A DNA stretch of 64,000 nucleotides from Psammoneis japonica (lineage: Eukaryota). The stretch covers positions 372,001 through 436,000 of the forward strand of contig QPGO01000037.1 in the NCBI GenBank assembly GCA_008632985.1, written 5' to 3'. The notes below the pieces were generated by a model, which made no database searches, had not been told where the DNA came from, and was given only the letters and a program-made list of their open reading frames with translations. Of the stretch, positions 24,303 to 38,100 are shown one piece after another (positions within the stretch are counted from its first letter, which is position 1; every line of letters starts with the position of its first letter). Made by a program: the position numbers and the translations under genes.

Positions 24303-24710
24303 TTTAGGCTGTGGTCTTCTCGAATAAGAGGGGTCGGTTGTTGGTGTGGTAGTAGGGTAAAGGTATGATGTTGTTGTTAGTGTCAGGTAGCTGGTGTTGG
24401 GTGTCAAGTTGCATTCAGCATGTTGGGATGTTGTGTTGGTCGTGGGCCTTTGGTCGTTGGTCGTCGTTTGAAGTTGGCGGCAAAAAGATGGGAGAGAAAA
24501 TTGAAGAAGCCTCCACGTGTAACTAGGACCCACTTTATATACATTCCTGTATGCATGTATATAATCCATCTTTGCTTGTGCATTGAAAAATTATTGAACT
24601 TCAGCTTTGTTTAAAAAATATTAAATATGAAGGTATTCAAAATGCATATATCCATAAATTCGAAAAGAGAAAAACATTGAGAAGAGCGATCGAAAAAAGC
24701 GATTTTGACC

Positions 24711-25874
24711 ATGATGTCGTCGTCGGGTAAGTATCTCCCGCCTGTGCTGCCAAAAGCATCTGTCGCTAGTGCTGCGGCTTTGTATGCAGGCTCAAAAGTG
24801 AGTGCAGCTACGGAAAACACGGCAATAGAATCTGAGGCTGCAAGACAACGTAGACTTGAGGAAGAAGAAGCCGCCAGTCGACGATGGACAACGATTGTTG
24901 GCGGTGTAGGTTCCGCCGCAAGTGAGTAGGACAGTGTTTCGCTTTTTCGAAGCATGTTGTTGGTTATGGTTTGTCTTATACGTTTCCTTGCATCGTTCTG
25001 ACCTTAGTTATTACCGCTCTGGTGGCCATCTACATCGAGGCAAGCTTCATTGCAACCCTCGCGTTCCTGTTTCCGCTGGGTACGGCTCCTTACTGTATAC
25101 ACCAACGTCGCAAACTCAACAGGCTCCCAAGTAAGTTGCCTATAGGACCGCTATATCTATGCTCAATGCTTATGTACAGTACCCAGCTGATCAAAAATGA
25201 TTCCTTTACTTTTCTATGCTCAAGCCCTCAATCATGAAATCAATGAGATTCGAATGTATGCGAACCGCCTGTCAGCAGAAAATGATGTTCTGACGCAAAA
25301 TGTTGACTCGTTGCAAAGAGAGGTGTCTAGGTATGTGATTGATGGAGCTTTTACATTTTCAAAATCGCTGTAACTGCACTCTATTCTCACTCTAGTTTCT
25401 TGTGTTTGATGCTGCAACAGGCTGTCAGTGATGGACGATCAATTAGAACAACATGCTCAACGTCAAGGACGAGATGTAAACCAGCTTCGTCAATTGGTGA
25501 AAGAGAACGGTGAAATTATTCGCAAGCAAAAGGTAATTTTTTGACAGGTGTGTGAGTTAGTTGTACTGTCGAACAATCTTCAACTTAACTTGTGTATAAT
25601 TTGTTTGGAACAGAAATTGCAAGAAACAAAAGTCATGCAAAACCTCTTGACTGCCATTATAAAGAGTGACGGTGATTCGGACTTTCACATTAACGACGAC
25701 GAACTTGAAACGCTCATTTTACGAATGAAAAACATGCCTGGCGTCAAATTTGACGAAACCCGTCTTCGCAAACAGTTTCGTGCGAGCATGTCCAATTCTA
25801 TGGATACTCTTGCGCAGCTGACAAAGGAAGTGTTGGAGGCGGAGAAGCTTGAGTTGGCCAAGAACAACGAATAG
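24711..25874 (+). CDS. Multi-exon protein with TM hairpin, coiled coil and an EF-hand-like loop
   Basis: Several GTAAGT/GTATGT/GTAATT donors, hydrophobic VLTLVITALVAIYIEASFIATLAF, and a last exon containing KSDGDSDFHINDDEL. Confidence 0.65.
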
Positions 25875-26613
25875 TCGTGTAGCTATCCTAAACTGTAATG
25901 AATGTAAAGTGATCTTGTGCAGAGAGGTAGGGGCGGGGGGGAGAAGAGGAGCGATTTCATGCTGTTTTGTTCTGATGACGAAGTAGCATAGAGACGTGAT
26001 AAAGTTGTGGTAACGCTCAAAATGTCTTTTCGGTGTGGTTGGAAAGCTGAAGCTCGCAGCAACTACAAAGCTACACAACAACTTCATACAGGCACCGTAA
26101 CAGCCAATATCTAACCAACAGACGCGTCATTCTGATAGTGATAGAAGGCTCGTTCCCCATTGGGCGTTCAGAGTTTTGCGAATGATGATGATGATCTAAC
26201 GTCGATTGATGTTCAGTGGTTATCTTGTGCACATTTGGGTTGTGCCGATACAAGTATCATAGGTGCTTCTGACGTCTGTACAACTACCAAGTTTACGCGA
26301 TTCAGTCGACGTCTCGACTATGCAATAAATGATTCTACTCTAACTAGACAATTTTTATTATCTCAATTGATAGGTAGATCTTGGCTACTCGAACTACCGG
26401 TGACTACCACTCGTAGTTGCTAGCTTGCTGCTTTCTGTCTCTCTTGGTAGAGAGCTTTCGGTGTCTCAACTCTGAAGCTCTCTCTCTCTAAAGAGGTGGA
26501 CTAAGGTACCTCCAGTAGACTGTAGCTCTACCGTAGCACTCAGCGTGTGAGCAAATGGTTCTCTCTACTCTCTCGAGAGAATAGATCTTGATAGCATATA
26601 TAAATGCCATATG

Positions 26614-27590
26614 TTAAAACTCAATTCGCCGGAAAACAGCAGAAGACTGTCTGGGCCCATCTCCTAGGTTGCCCACCAAGTTCCAACCAGTGCCCCATAG
26701 AGAGCCATCTGTCTTGATAACCATGGAAAATGAACAGCCAGTTGCACAGAAGGCAACGTCAGACATGATCATCTCAAATTTTTGAACCCCGTCGACTGCA
26801 GTTCCGAGTCCAATGGGCCCACTTGCCCCAGCCCCCCACAACGTTCCATCCTTCTTTATCGCTGGAGTATGACGACCCCCTGCTGCGACTGAAACAACGT
26901 CAGTCAGGACATCCACTGGATCGAAAATGATGTTCGATCTCGTACCATCACCGATCTGACCACTGCCGTTGGCGCCCCAACCTGCCAGAGTTCCATCTGA
27001 TTTCACTGCCATGACCCTCGCACTCGATGTCACAACTGATGCAACAATCTCCAACAGCTTTGCCGGAGTTGACACCTCTGCTTGGTCTGGGTCCACCAGG
27101 AAAACGCCATATAGTTCATTTCTTCCCATGCCCAACAGAGTTCCATCTTTCTTCAGTATAAATGATGCTGAGTCGCCCGCAGCTACTGCGCCTACGTTTG
27201 ACATTAGCTTTTTGGGCACTTTCGCCTGCCATAGCGTCGCATCCGTTTTCACTGTTAATGCGTGGTATAAGTGCCAGCGGAAACGGCGGCAACATCACTC
27301 ATAATTTGAGTTGGTTTCAACCTCCTGATGTTGCTTCCATCACCGAGTTGATTGCTCACGTTCAAGCCCCAACCCCACAGGGTGCCATCCTTTGTGATTG
27401 CCATGTTGTGGGATTCACAAGCAGATGCTGATGTTGCGTTCGACATGACTTCCACTGGGGAAAGACGACTCTCCTCAGCTGTTCCGTCTCCCAAGTTCCC
27501 ATTGTCGTTGTTGCTGGCGCCACATAATTTCCCGTCAGACTGAAGAATCATGGAGCACCGATTGCCAATCGTGACTTGAACTGTTGTCAT
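26614..27590 (-). pseudogene. RCC1/BLIP-II repeat beta-propeller, intronless; frameshift near 27265; 5' part TpA-eroded
   Basis: Repeats of VxAGxxHxxAIKxDGTLWGWGxNxxGQLGDGT in ORFs 27255-27731 and 26614-27252. Confidence 0.88.
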
Positions 27591-28329
27591 CCGCTCTCCT
27601 TTCTTCTTCTGTCTTGACAAACCAGCATCGGCGAAACGCATTGAGGTTCTAGCTCTTGCATCAATGAATGCTTTCAAGGTGACCAAAAAACAACTGCAGC
27701 AGCCAGCAAAAGAACAAAAGATGCACCACAATCAACTTCATTGTTTCATTGTTGGCCTGCTGACATGCTTTTGTCATTGCAATCTCAGCACAAAAAAAAA
27801 AGGGTGTTTTTCACTTGCCAAGACTTGCTCACACTTTCCCCCTCTCATTGTCATGAGAGTTGATTGTTGAATCAACAATTGCAATGGACCAAGAGTTGGT
27901 TTGTCACCATCATCGACACACCAAAAGATGTGATGCCTGGGATGTTCAGGAAATTTTGACGGGTTTTTGTGGCGTGCACTTTGCACCCACAGAACCTGTG
28001 CTGCCGCCACTCATGACAAATCAATGTCAATGTGTGAGCTTCATCAAAGGTGGTAACAGTGGTTTCCACTTTCCTTTGTAAATTTTTTAATGTGCGCTGT
28101 TAAAATTGTTAACAAGCAGAATTTAAAAAATGCCAGAAAAAGTGCTCAACAAATTGAAGCCCTTTTTTGCATTTCATCTGATGTCCCAATGCCTTTTCTT
28201 TCACAAGCTTCAATCAAATGCATGCAATGTTTAATTTAATTGGAATCAAAATCTGTTTTTTGTGATGCATGGTTTGGTTTCCTTTGGATCTTGATCAATT
28301 TGAACTTGGTTTTGACTTTGTCCTCCTCA

Positions 28330-28760
28330 CTCATGTGCATGTGTCTTCGCACTTGTGCAGTCTGCAGCACTTCACGCACACACGTGACCCACCACTTCTC
28401 TTCATGTTTCCCAGATTTGCACAGCCCGTTGGTCTGCGGCGTCTTCAGTGTGTGTTTTACATGCACAATTTTCCACACATTTCACAACAGCACACCCTCT
28501 CCCCAAAGTTTGAAAAACGAGAGCGTGCGCTGTTGTGATTGACGTGGATCCTGCGTGTGGTTGCAAATCTGCAAATCGACAACCGGCCATGGTGGTGAAA
28601 GACTTCACCCCATTGGCCAATGACAGCAGCTCAACATGCGGTGACACCTGCCATCCTTCTGGTTGGTCAAGATGGGGTTTTATTTGGGCACAGCTTGAAT
28701 CATGTGATCTCAAGTGTGCTGTCATGAATCTGCCACATCCAGAATGCTGAGCTGCTGGCG
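28330..28760 (-). pseudogene. Possible AlkB-like 2OG-Fe(II) dioxygenase relic
   Basis: FMTAHLRSHDSSCAQIKPHLDQPEGWQVSPHVELLSL aligns without gaps to the AlkB F..Y..I..HxD...P.I..LSL block. In another frame, KHTL and WWVTCVR (R-x5-R after reverting TGG to CGG) follow. Confidence 0.4.
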
Positions 28761-28869
28761 TGTTGTTGTGTGTTGTGTGCACGCATGTCACAAACTTGCT
28801 TTTCTGCAGTGTTGTCATAATCGCGCATGTCAGAGTTTTGCATCCAGAATCATCATGAGCCACCATGAA

Positions 28870-29152
28870 TTGCGCTGTTCAAACAAGGCATGTGCAAAAA
28901 GAGGTGCATTGGTTTTTGATGCATTCGCTGACAACACATCCATCTTCTCCAATTTCCACATCCAGATCCAGAAAGACTCCAGGCGGTGCTTGTTCCTGCA
29001 GCTCTCAGAATCACACACATGAGGAGTTCTTTGCCACACACAACACTCTTCAAAAAAGGCATGCACAAAAAGAGAGCTTCACTTGTTTTTGATGTGTTCA
29101 CTTGCGTTGCATCCATCTTCTCCAATTTCTGTGTCCAGATCCAGAAAGACTG
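28870..29152. repeat. Direct duplication of a block of about 105 bp
   Basis: ...aaggcatg[tg/ca]caaaaagag...gatg[ca/tg]ttc...catccatcttctccaatttc[caca/tgtg]tccagatccagaaagact occurs twice. Confidence 0.85.
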
Positions 29153-29299
29153 CAGAGGCAGAGAGAGGGGAGGCAACCCATTGGAGATTGCCTGAGTTGT
29201 TGGGCTCATTTTTAAAGGCTTCCCAAGTCTCTCCACTGTTTGTGGTCAAGAGCAGGGGGGGTCGACTACAACAACTGCAGCAGCTGCCAATTCCATGTC

Positions 29300-30135
29300 G
29301 ATGGGTTGGGAACCAGAAGCAGAAGCTTCTGAACTGGCAGTGGTGGATGCACCTGCAAGCCCACGTTGCAGTTTCAATTGGTTGCTGTTGTTGTCCTGCA
29401 CTTTCTCACAAAGCATTTTACATTTCTTTGCAATGAACAAGGTGGGTCAGAGCAATGTTGCTTCACATGGTCCGGAATCAGCTTCGCAGGGTCGGGAACC
29501 GGTGGCAGAAGCAACCAAATCTGCCAAGGCAGATGCACTGGCAAGTCTGCATTGCGGCTTCAATTAGTTGCTGTTGTTGTCCTGTGCACTCTCACAAAGC
29601 ATTTTGCACTTCTTTACAATGAACAAGGTGGATCAGAGCAGTGTCACTTCACATGGTCCAGAATCAGCTTCGTGGGGTCGGGAACCAGCAGCAGAACCAA
29701 CCAAATCTGCCGCGGCAGATGCACCAGTGAGTCTACATTGCGGTTTCAATTGGCTGCTGTTGTTGTCCCGTGCACTCTCACAAAGTGTTTTGTGCTTCTT
29801 TGCAACAAACAAGGTGGATCAGAGCAGTGTTGCTTCACCTGGTCCAGAATCAGCAGCATCGATGCACTGGCATGTCCATGTTGCCATTCCTCTGGGTTGT
29901 GTTGGTTCATCTGTGCAATGCTCTCACAATGTGTTTTGCTCGTTTTGGCAATGAATGGAGTGAAACAGAGCAGCGGCACTTCAAACAACAAAACGACAGC
30001 TCAGCGGCACTGGGTGCACTGGCAAGTCCATGTTGCCTTTCCTGTTGGTGGTGTTGGTTCATCCACACTGTGCTCTCACAACGCATTCTGCACTTTTTTG
30101 GCAATGAACAAGGTGGCTGCAAGCAGCGGCACTTG
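29300..30135 (+). repeat. 186-bp tandem repeat (3 copies plus 2 shorter diverged copies), each an exon-plus-intron module
   Basis: Anchors at 29355/29541/29727 and 29431/29617/29803. Each unit has a donor-like site, a ctcac branch-like motif, a pyrimidine tract and AG, then VDQSSVTSHGPESAS..EPAAEPTKSAAADAP. Confidence 0.8.
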
Positions 30136-31269
30136 ATGAAAGTGAGCTGCAACTGCTGCTGCAGACTCCAGGGTGTTGTTTCCGTCGGCGTCATTCAATT
30201 TAAATGTGGACAACAAAGTGGAATGTTCATGGTGCAGTGCAAATGATTTTAATTCACAGGTTTTGCAGGGATGGAGGGTGGGCACTCTCACAGGGAAAAC
30301 ATGCCCCTGTTTCTCAGTGAAAAACATTTTTTCTCATGGAGAGGGGGGTCTGATCCCACAGCACAAAAATGTTGATCTGTCACAGTTGACATGTCATTGC
30401 CAGCTGCACAACTGACAAGGTTTGAAACTGTAAAAAAATCATCCACAAAAGGAACAAAAATCACAATGAAAAGATGTGTGATGATCACTGCATTGCGTGC
30501 TCTGATGTTGTTGCCAAAGAATGACAGAATGCTTCAAAAGAGCAACAAATGTTCATTTTCCATTGCACCACCAACTTTGTAGCATCAACAGGCCACTGGG
30601 CATGGCAGATGAGGCAGAGTTGAGAGGCTCATCATTGAGTCATCTTTCAGGCTGCATGGTTGCTGGTGTGGGTGGCAATGACATGCCATGGCCAGAAGCA
30701 GGTTTTGTGCATGTGGCCATGATGGAAGCCAAGGAAGAGGAGGCAGTGGTGACAGTGATGCAAGACATGGCTGAGTTGATGGTCACAATGTCACCAGCAT
30801 GGATGCTCAGAGAGAAGTTGTCAAATGTCCTGGCAGATGGCAGATTGAGATGACCGCAACAGCACAGTCATGGTGAATGACAAAAACTGCATCACCACTC
30901 CACCTGAGATGCACACCACTGCCAAGCTTTTTCTTTGTGCCAGTGCTCTTTTGTGAGATGCACAGCAAGAAAAATGTTTTTGACAACCATGATGAACAGC
31001 TCCTTGACTTGCAGGGGACAATGCAGCACTTTTTGCAAACAAGCAGAAGCAGGGCTCTTGAGGGAGCACACACAAAGTTGGAAACAAATGAACAGATGCT
31101 GCACTTGTCAGCTCAAAAACAACAGCCCATGAAGCAACTGTGGCTCAGCAACAAAACAGCAGCAACACAGAAACAAAGGAACACAGAGAGTCAAAGCAAG
31201 CAATGGCTGCACATGCCTTGAGCGATTGTTGCAAAGCAGCATTGCAGCCCATGTTTATCCTGAGTCCCA

Positions 31270-32120
31270 ACCACCAGCATTGTTGATTGTTGCATTTCAA
31301 CATGTGCAAAAGGAGAAGCAGCAACTGTCAAGATGTGCAGAGCAGCAAGTCTGAGACACCACAGAAGCAATGGGAAGAGAGAGAGAGTCAAAAAAATTGC
31401 CACTCATGCCTTGAGTGTTGTGAAGTGGCACCACCATCATCATGCCATCCTGATCACCAGCATTTTTTGTTGTTAAATTTTAACCATGCAAAGGAAAAGT
31501 GGCAAATCTCAAGAGATGGAGCAGCAAATCTAAGACACAATGGAGACAAAGGGAACAGAGAGAGTCAGAGCAATGCTCGATCACACCTTTGGCACCATTT
31601 TGAAGTGGCATTGCTGTTGTCACCCCATTTGATGCCATCTTTGATGTTGGCCCAAATGATGCATTGTGCAACACCTGAGCCACACAAGAGGAGAAATGGC
31701 AAGTCTTGGAAACCACAAAAATGAAGGGAACTGAGAGAATTAAAGCAACAGCATGCACATCTTGAGTGTCACAAAGTGGCAACCTCCAGTGTTTTTGATT
31801 GTTGCATTTCAACATGATGAATCGCACAGCACATGAACCATGAAAGAGCAGAAATGGCAAGTCTTGGAAGCCACAGAAATGAAGGAAATGAAGAGAATTA
31901 AAGCAATGGCTGCAGTGTTGCAGTTGCACATGTTCATCCCAACCATCAGCCAGCATTTCTGATTATTTCATTTAAACATGGTGAACAGAGCAGCACCTGA
32001 ACCAGGCAGAAAAAAAGCTGGCAAAGCTCAAAACCACAGAAATGAAGGGTGGGGAGAGAGCAAAAAACCGGCTGCACACATCCCTTGTGCTGGAACTTGT
32101 TGAGCACAGACATGAAAGCA
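31270..32120. repeat. Degenerate tandem repeat, about 5 copies of roughly 160-200 bp
   Basis: The motifs aaatggcaagtcttggaa.ccaca.aaatgaagg..agagaattaaagcaa and gattgttgcatttcaacatg recur. Confidence 0.7.
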
Positions 32121-35100
32121 TTGTGAAGAGCAGTGCAGCCATTGCCACATTTGTTCTTTGACAAAAACTGGCCCATTTTGAGCTGTTCAGCACCTGAATG
32201 CTTGGAAAGAATGGCGTTGCTGCAAATGCCTGAAGAAGCCATTGAGAACTTGAACATTGCACACAGTGGCACCACTGTCATCACTCATTGTGGTGGCCTT
32301 GCCTTGCAATGAGCTCTGTGTCCAAACAGAAGATGCAAACTCAAACACAACATGTGCAAACAGTTGTCACCTGAAATGTGCAAAAAAGAAAAAAGCACAG
32401 AAATGCTGCACATGGAAAAGGTGCATTTTTGCTTGCCTGGTGTGCTGTGCTGACTCTGTTGCTGCACTGTGTTTTGCTGTCATCAGCATTTGAAGTGTGT
32501 GCCACCTGCACTGCCAGAATGACTTGCAAGAACCATGGCACATCGATGGTGGACATGGGTGATTGACTTGTGACACATTGAAGCAGCCAGGCTTGTGTTT
32601 GCATTGACAGATGCTGCCAGAATCACATTGTGGCATTGACTTGGATGCAAAGCAGTGCTGTTGAGTGTTGAGTGATTTGATGTTGTTTGTCAGCTCTCTG
32701 GTGCTCATCCTGCTGAATTCTGCACAGACAAAAACCAGGCATCACACCCCGGTGCTTCACACATTCCTTCCAGAGCTGAAGCAAACCCCTCAGTGGAAAG
32801 CTGGGGGCTCCCTGAAAAGTGTTTGGCAAAGAACAGGTTGTGCACAACTTTTGTGCAGTGATCAACAAATGCTGCATTGTTGCAGCCCAGCACCACAAAT
32901 CCACATGGCAGACCTGGGGCACACACTGGCAGCAGGCTCCCCAAACTGAAAAGGGCGCTTGCCTTTTGCCATGGCATGGTCAAGCCCATCAGGTTGTCAA
33001 CACCAAATTGCAAGCTGAGCTGGCAGTTTCTTGCTTTGGCCATGCAGCTCAGCCAGTTGGTGCAAAAAACTTTTCACTCAGAGTGGGCTCTTAGAAGACT
33101 CTCCTCTGTGAGCTGACAGCAGAAGCCAGCAGCACACAAACACAGCACACAAAAGTGTGCACTGCTTTTTTGTCATTTCAGGTTGCAGTGTGCTGTTGAG
33201 CCTGTTGCAAATTGTGATAACTTGGCTTTGTTGCAATGACGTCCCATGCATGCTGCTGCATTCTCCCAGTGCTGGCTGTCATTTGAAACTCAAGTCGCTG
33301 AAGTGACAGATGGGCAAGTGAAAAAGCACCTGTCTTTGATGCATGGGGTGAAACAAAACTCAGCAGCTGAGCTTCACATGCACACACTGCTAAATGAACA
33401 ACCCAAAGCAAGGCTTGAAAGCAACAATGCAGTCAAACAAAATGACTCTTGCATGAAAAATGAGTTTGTTTGCAAGCTCAAAATGAGAAAAGTGCCAGAG
33501 TCAAAAAAGCAATGAAGAGGCAACCTGACAACATGTGTGCAGCGGGGGGGGGAGGGGGCATCTGTTCTCATGCGTGTGCACTGCCTGAAGCAGCCAAAAG
33601 TGAGCGCAGCTGAGCAAACCATGGTGGTGGGATCTGAGGCTGCAAGACAACACAAATTTGAGAAAGAACAAGTCAAGAGCCAGCAGCTGGTGGAGCCCTT
33701 TGGTGCGATGCTTCTCTTTGTGGGATGAGACATGGAACACAGGTCCAACTGTGTGCATCAGAGTGATCTTTCAGGACATTGCAGTGGGTTGGAAGGCTGC
33801 CATGATTGGAGCCAACAACCAAGCTGGCACATCTCTGCTCAAGATGGAACACAGAAAGAGCAGCAGTGGTGAGACAATGATGCCATGGTGGAAAAAGATG
33901 ACAATGTTTTCCCAACATGCCTGCTGTGTTGGAAGTGCTTCATTTGGCAGTCAAGTGCTGAACAAAACCATGGATGGCAAATTTTCAACTGTCTCTGAAC
34001 CATCATCTCTCCTGTGGCCAGCTTTGCTCTGTGCAGCATCTGGACACACCAGCAGAGTGGAAAAGTCTTTGAGAGGAAGGCAGGCAAAGAACATCAACAT
34101 TGACAGTTTTGCATTCTTCCGGTGCTCTTGCTTTGCAACTGCCTTTTCAATCACTCTTTTTGGATCTGCGTTTGAGTCTCTTGCCTGATCTGTCATGGTC
34201 TCCAAGTGATGGGCAAGTCTCAGTGCTGCCAACATGTGAAAAAGCATGCTCAAGCTCCACTTTCTGCATCTGCCTCAGCAACATCTGCCTGTGCTGCAAT
34301 GAATCAAGCCAGTTGTGTTGATGTGAGCATTTGAAAAATGCTCAGCAAGGCAGTGACTTCTGTCTGTGCAGCACATGAATCACAGAAGGCTTGGACACCT
34401 GCTTGTGAACCTGAAGCAAGGCTCTGTTCCCTCACCCATTTCTGTTTGAGCCTGACTCAGTTGTCACCACTCCTGACATCACAAGTGGTGCCATCAAGTC
34501 CAAGAAATCATCTGCACAAAGTCAAAAGACAGGTGTTTGAGTGATTTTTTTTGTGCTCTTTTTCTGTCTCTGCTCTTTGCTCCTCTGAACATTGCCAGTG
34601 TTGCCACATTCTCCAGGTGTGAGCTCCCTGTTCCATCACTCTTTTGTGCTCCAACAGCAAGTGGGCAATCTCAGCCTTGTTGATCAGCAAGATGCAAAAT
34701 TTGTGTCAGATGTCTGAGCCATCTGAAAAATTCAAATGGAGAAAAAGCAACTCCAATGATGTCTTGCAATCCTGTTGCTTCTTGTCTTTTTATCATGCCC
34801 TTGAAATTAACCAAGTTGCCTTGAGCACACTTGTCTGCAAGCAAACCCCCAAGAAAGAGAGTTTTTTTACAGTGCAGTGCAGCCATGGCTGTCTCCATCT
34901 GGAAGGCACCATTGCAAAACAGGAAACAAATCTGTTTGGCTTTGGCAATTTGACAACCATTGACAAGCTCAAGGCTCATGAGATCAGATGTCCAACCCAA
35001 GTCATTGAACCAGTTGTTTTTCCAATGCTGTTGCATTTTTTGTGTGTGCTCCATCATGGGTGCATCTGTTTTTTGTTGTTTCCCCCTTTTCAATGTGCAG

Positions 35101-38100
35101 CCCATCCATGGTTAATTCTGTTTGTGTTCCTTTGCAAATTGTTGCTGTCTGCAGCTGATCTCTGTCATCTTCTGGCATTCCTTCTTCTCTGGTGTCCATG
35201 CACTCCCAGATTCCTTTGACCAAACTTCATTGCACTTGTTGGTGTCCTTGGCTCAATCTTTGCTTGGGAGTGCATTTCCAACTCTTGGTGTGCCTCTCCA
35301 GCCCTTGCTTGTTCCAACCATGATTCCTTCTTGCTTGCTTTCCTTTTCCCATGCTTCACTTTGCATCAGGAATGAGCCCCTCCTCTCTGTCTTCCTTCAC
35401 CTCTTCCTTTGCTTTGCTGTGCATTTGAGCCCACTTGTTCCAGTTGTTCTCCAACACAAGCATGCTGAATGTCTCATTGGCTGCAAACACCAGCTTGTTT
35501 GAGCAACTGTTCTGTTTGTGAACCCATGCTTCCACATCATCTTCTCTGCCACAATTGGCAGAAATTGGCAGGTGAAATGGCTTTGGGCACAACTTTGTTC
35601 CTTCCCTCTGGCATTTCCTCTGGAGATGTCATCTTGTTGTTTTCTGCTTGTGGGCTCATCTTGTCATGATCCATCATCCACCCTGAGCACACACAACACA
35701 CAAAGCACCAGTTGTCAGCTCTTTTCCAGCTCTCAGTCTGCAGCACACTCCATTTGTCACTTGCAGAAGAATTCTTTCTTCAGTTCCCTGATTGCATTGT
35801 TCCTCTTTCTTGTCATTTGCCTTCACACCTTCTTGTTTGACATGCATCCCAGATTCTCACTCTCTTCTCTTGTGGCAAACTGAGCTCAAACACAACTGTT
35901 GTTGTGACCCTTCCATCATCTTAAGGTCCTTTTATTCAGAAACTTGCACTGCCAAAACAGTGCATTGTTGCAGCAGCTCTCCCAAACAATCTTGTCCCTG
36001 TTGCTCACCTCATCATTGCATTGCTTTTTCTTTCATTTCTTAGTTGCAATGTCATCTTGTTCTTCCATTGCAGATGCAGAGAGAGCCCACCCATGACAGC
36101 TGATTTGCCATTTTGTTGTGTCGCTGTTGACACCAATGTGCTGTTCTGCAGCAGAGCCAGCAGCTCTTGCCCCTGCCATGCCCACCACAAGCCACAATTT
36201 TGGGGAGTCAAGCCAATTGCTGTGCACCTCACATTGACAATGTTGGTCACCTCATGTCATTGTGGGTTTGGGTGCGGCCCACTTGCTGTCACTTGGCTTG
36301 GCATGGTGTTGTGTGCGTTTTGACTTTTTTGCAAAAAAGTGTGATTCATTCACGGATGCATGCCTTGCACCTGCTGTTTCAATGCATTTCTGCATTTGTT
36401 CTCTTTGTTTGAACATCTGGTGAAATTTCTCATTGGCACAAAATTTTGCAACATCACCTGATTGTCTGCTGATGATGATGCACACATTCATTGCACATGC
36501 ACTCCAAGCTTTCAATTGTCTGCCCTTCCATCACACCATGGGTGGTCTCTGCCAAAAAGACTGTGCTGTGTCAGCACAAGCAACAAACACCCCACAGTGC
36601 ACCAGCATGCATCTTTTGTGCTGTCCACCTCCTCAAGACTCTCACAGACCTTTTCTGACCTTGGCAGGCCTTTCCTTGTGGAGAGTTGTGTGCAGCCACT
36701 TAAGCTGACATTCTTTGAGGGGCTTGTCTTTTTGGTTTGGTGCTGTGACAACACAGTGCTTCTTCCCACATGTGTTTTCATCTGACATCAACAGATGATG
36801 ATTTCACTCTTCAATGTCTTTGGTGTCTTGTTTTGCCAAGATTGCATGCTTGGTGGGGGCCTTTTTCTTGTTGACCAACCACTTGCAGATGTGGCCTCCA
36901 CGTTGTTTGTAAAATTTTGTCACACCTGTCTGGGATCCATGATCATGCTGTGCAGCAGCATCAAGTCTGCACAATCCTTTCTTTTCATGTGGGGGGTGCA
37001 ACTGGTGTTTCTGGCTCCATCCCTTTTTTGGTTTCTGTGGATGGATGCATGATTGTGTTGTTTGGCAATGCATTGAGAAAGTCCAGCTGATGATTTTGTA
37101 ACCACTCTTTCCTGCTCCATCCTCCCTTTTGTTTGTTTCCACTTGCGCACCTTCAGTTTCCTTTTGGTGCTTTCCAGTCAGTTCTCTCTCTCTGCATGTC
37201 TTGTCAGCAGGGGCAACTCCTTCATTGAACATGTCTCTTCATTCCTCAGGCAGGTTTGGATCAATTTCATCCAGAACACCCACAGAGGACAGCCAGAAGA
37301 AGTCAACCAAGTTGGCTTTGTTTGCTTTCCCAGCTGAAGCAGCGGAGTCTTTGACATTTGTGTTGTTTTGGTTGTCTGCAACTGCACTGTTTGTGTCTTT
37401 GCTGTGTCAAAAAAATCAATGGAGAGTTTGCTGCTGTCCATGAAGAGCTCAACTGATGTCGACGCTGTCCGGCAGAGCTCTTCTCTTCAATGTGAGTGAC
37501 ACCTTGGACTCACAGCCTGTGCACAGTGAGGAGTCCACACCATCCAGCTTAAGTTGCTGATGTGGTGCACCTCATGTGCAAACATGCATGGGCAAGTTTT
37601 GTCACCCACCCAAAGATTCTCTCACTGTGACAAGCCACCATGACATCCTCACCTCTCACAATGACAATGCACACTTTTTCACAATGAATTCTGGGGGTTG
37701 TGCCTCCCAGCAAGTTTGCTCTGAAGTGTCACCTCAATCACTGCAATGCAGCAATCAATGCATCAAGTGCTGCTTTGGAAGAATCTTCTGCTCCTCCTCC
37801 TGTGAGGTGTGTTGAGCCAGGCATTGCCTCAAAAAATGGAAACAAGAATGACAAATTCTTTCTTGACATCACCTTCATGGAGGACCGCTGCTCAATGGAT
37901 GTCAATGAAGAGGGTGATGGTGCAAACACTTCTCAGTTGATGTGCAACAACAACAAAATTGCAGGATGTCAGCTTTCCTTCCAACATGGTTTCTTGCCAT
38001 CAGAGCTGGAGCTTTGTTGCTCCAGAAGGATTGTGTTGAACAAAAGAGGCCAAGACAAACCAGCAATTCTTCTCATTCCACCAGACGAGTGGCAACCAGG

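Noticed and set aside
28425..28455. TPQTNG as an integrase motif
   Set aside because: There is no surrounding DDE context.
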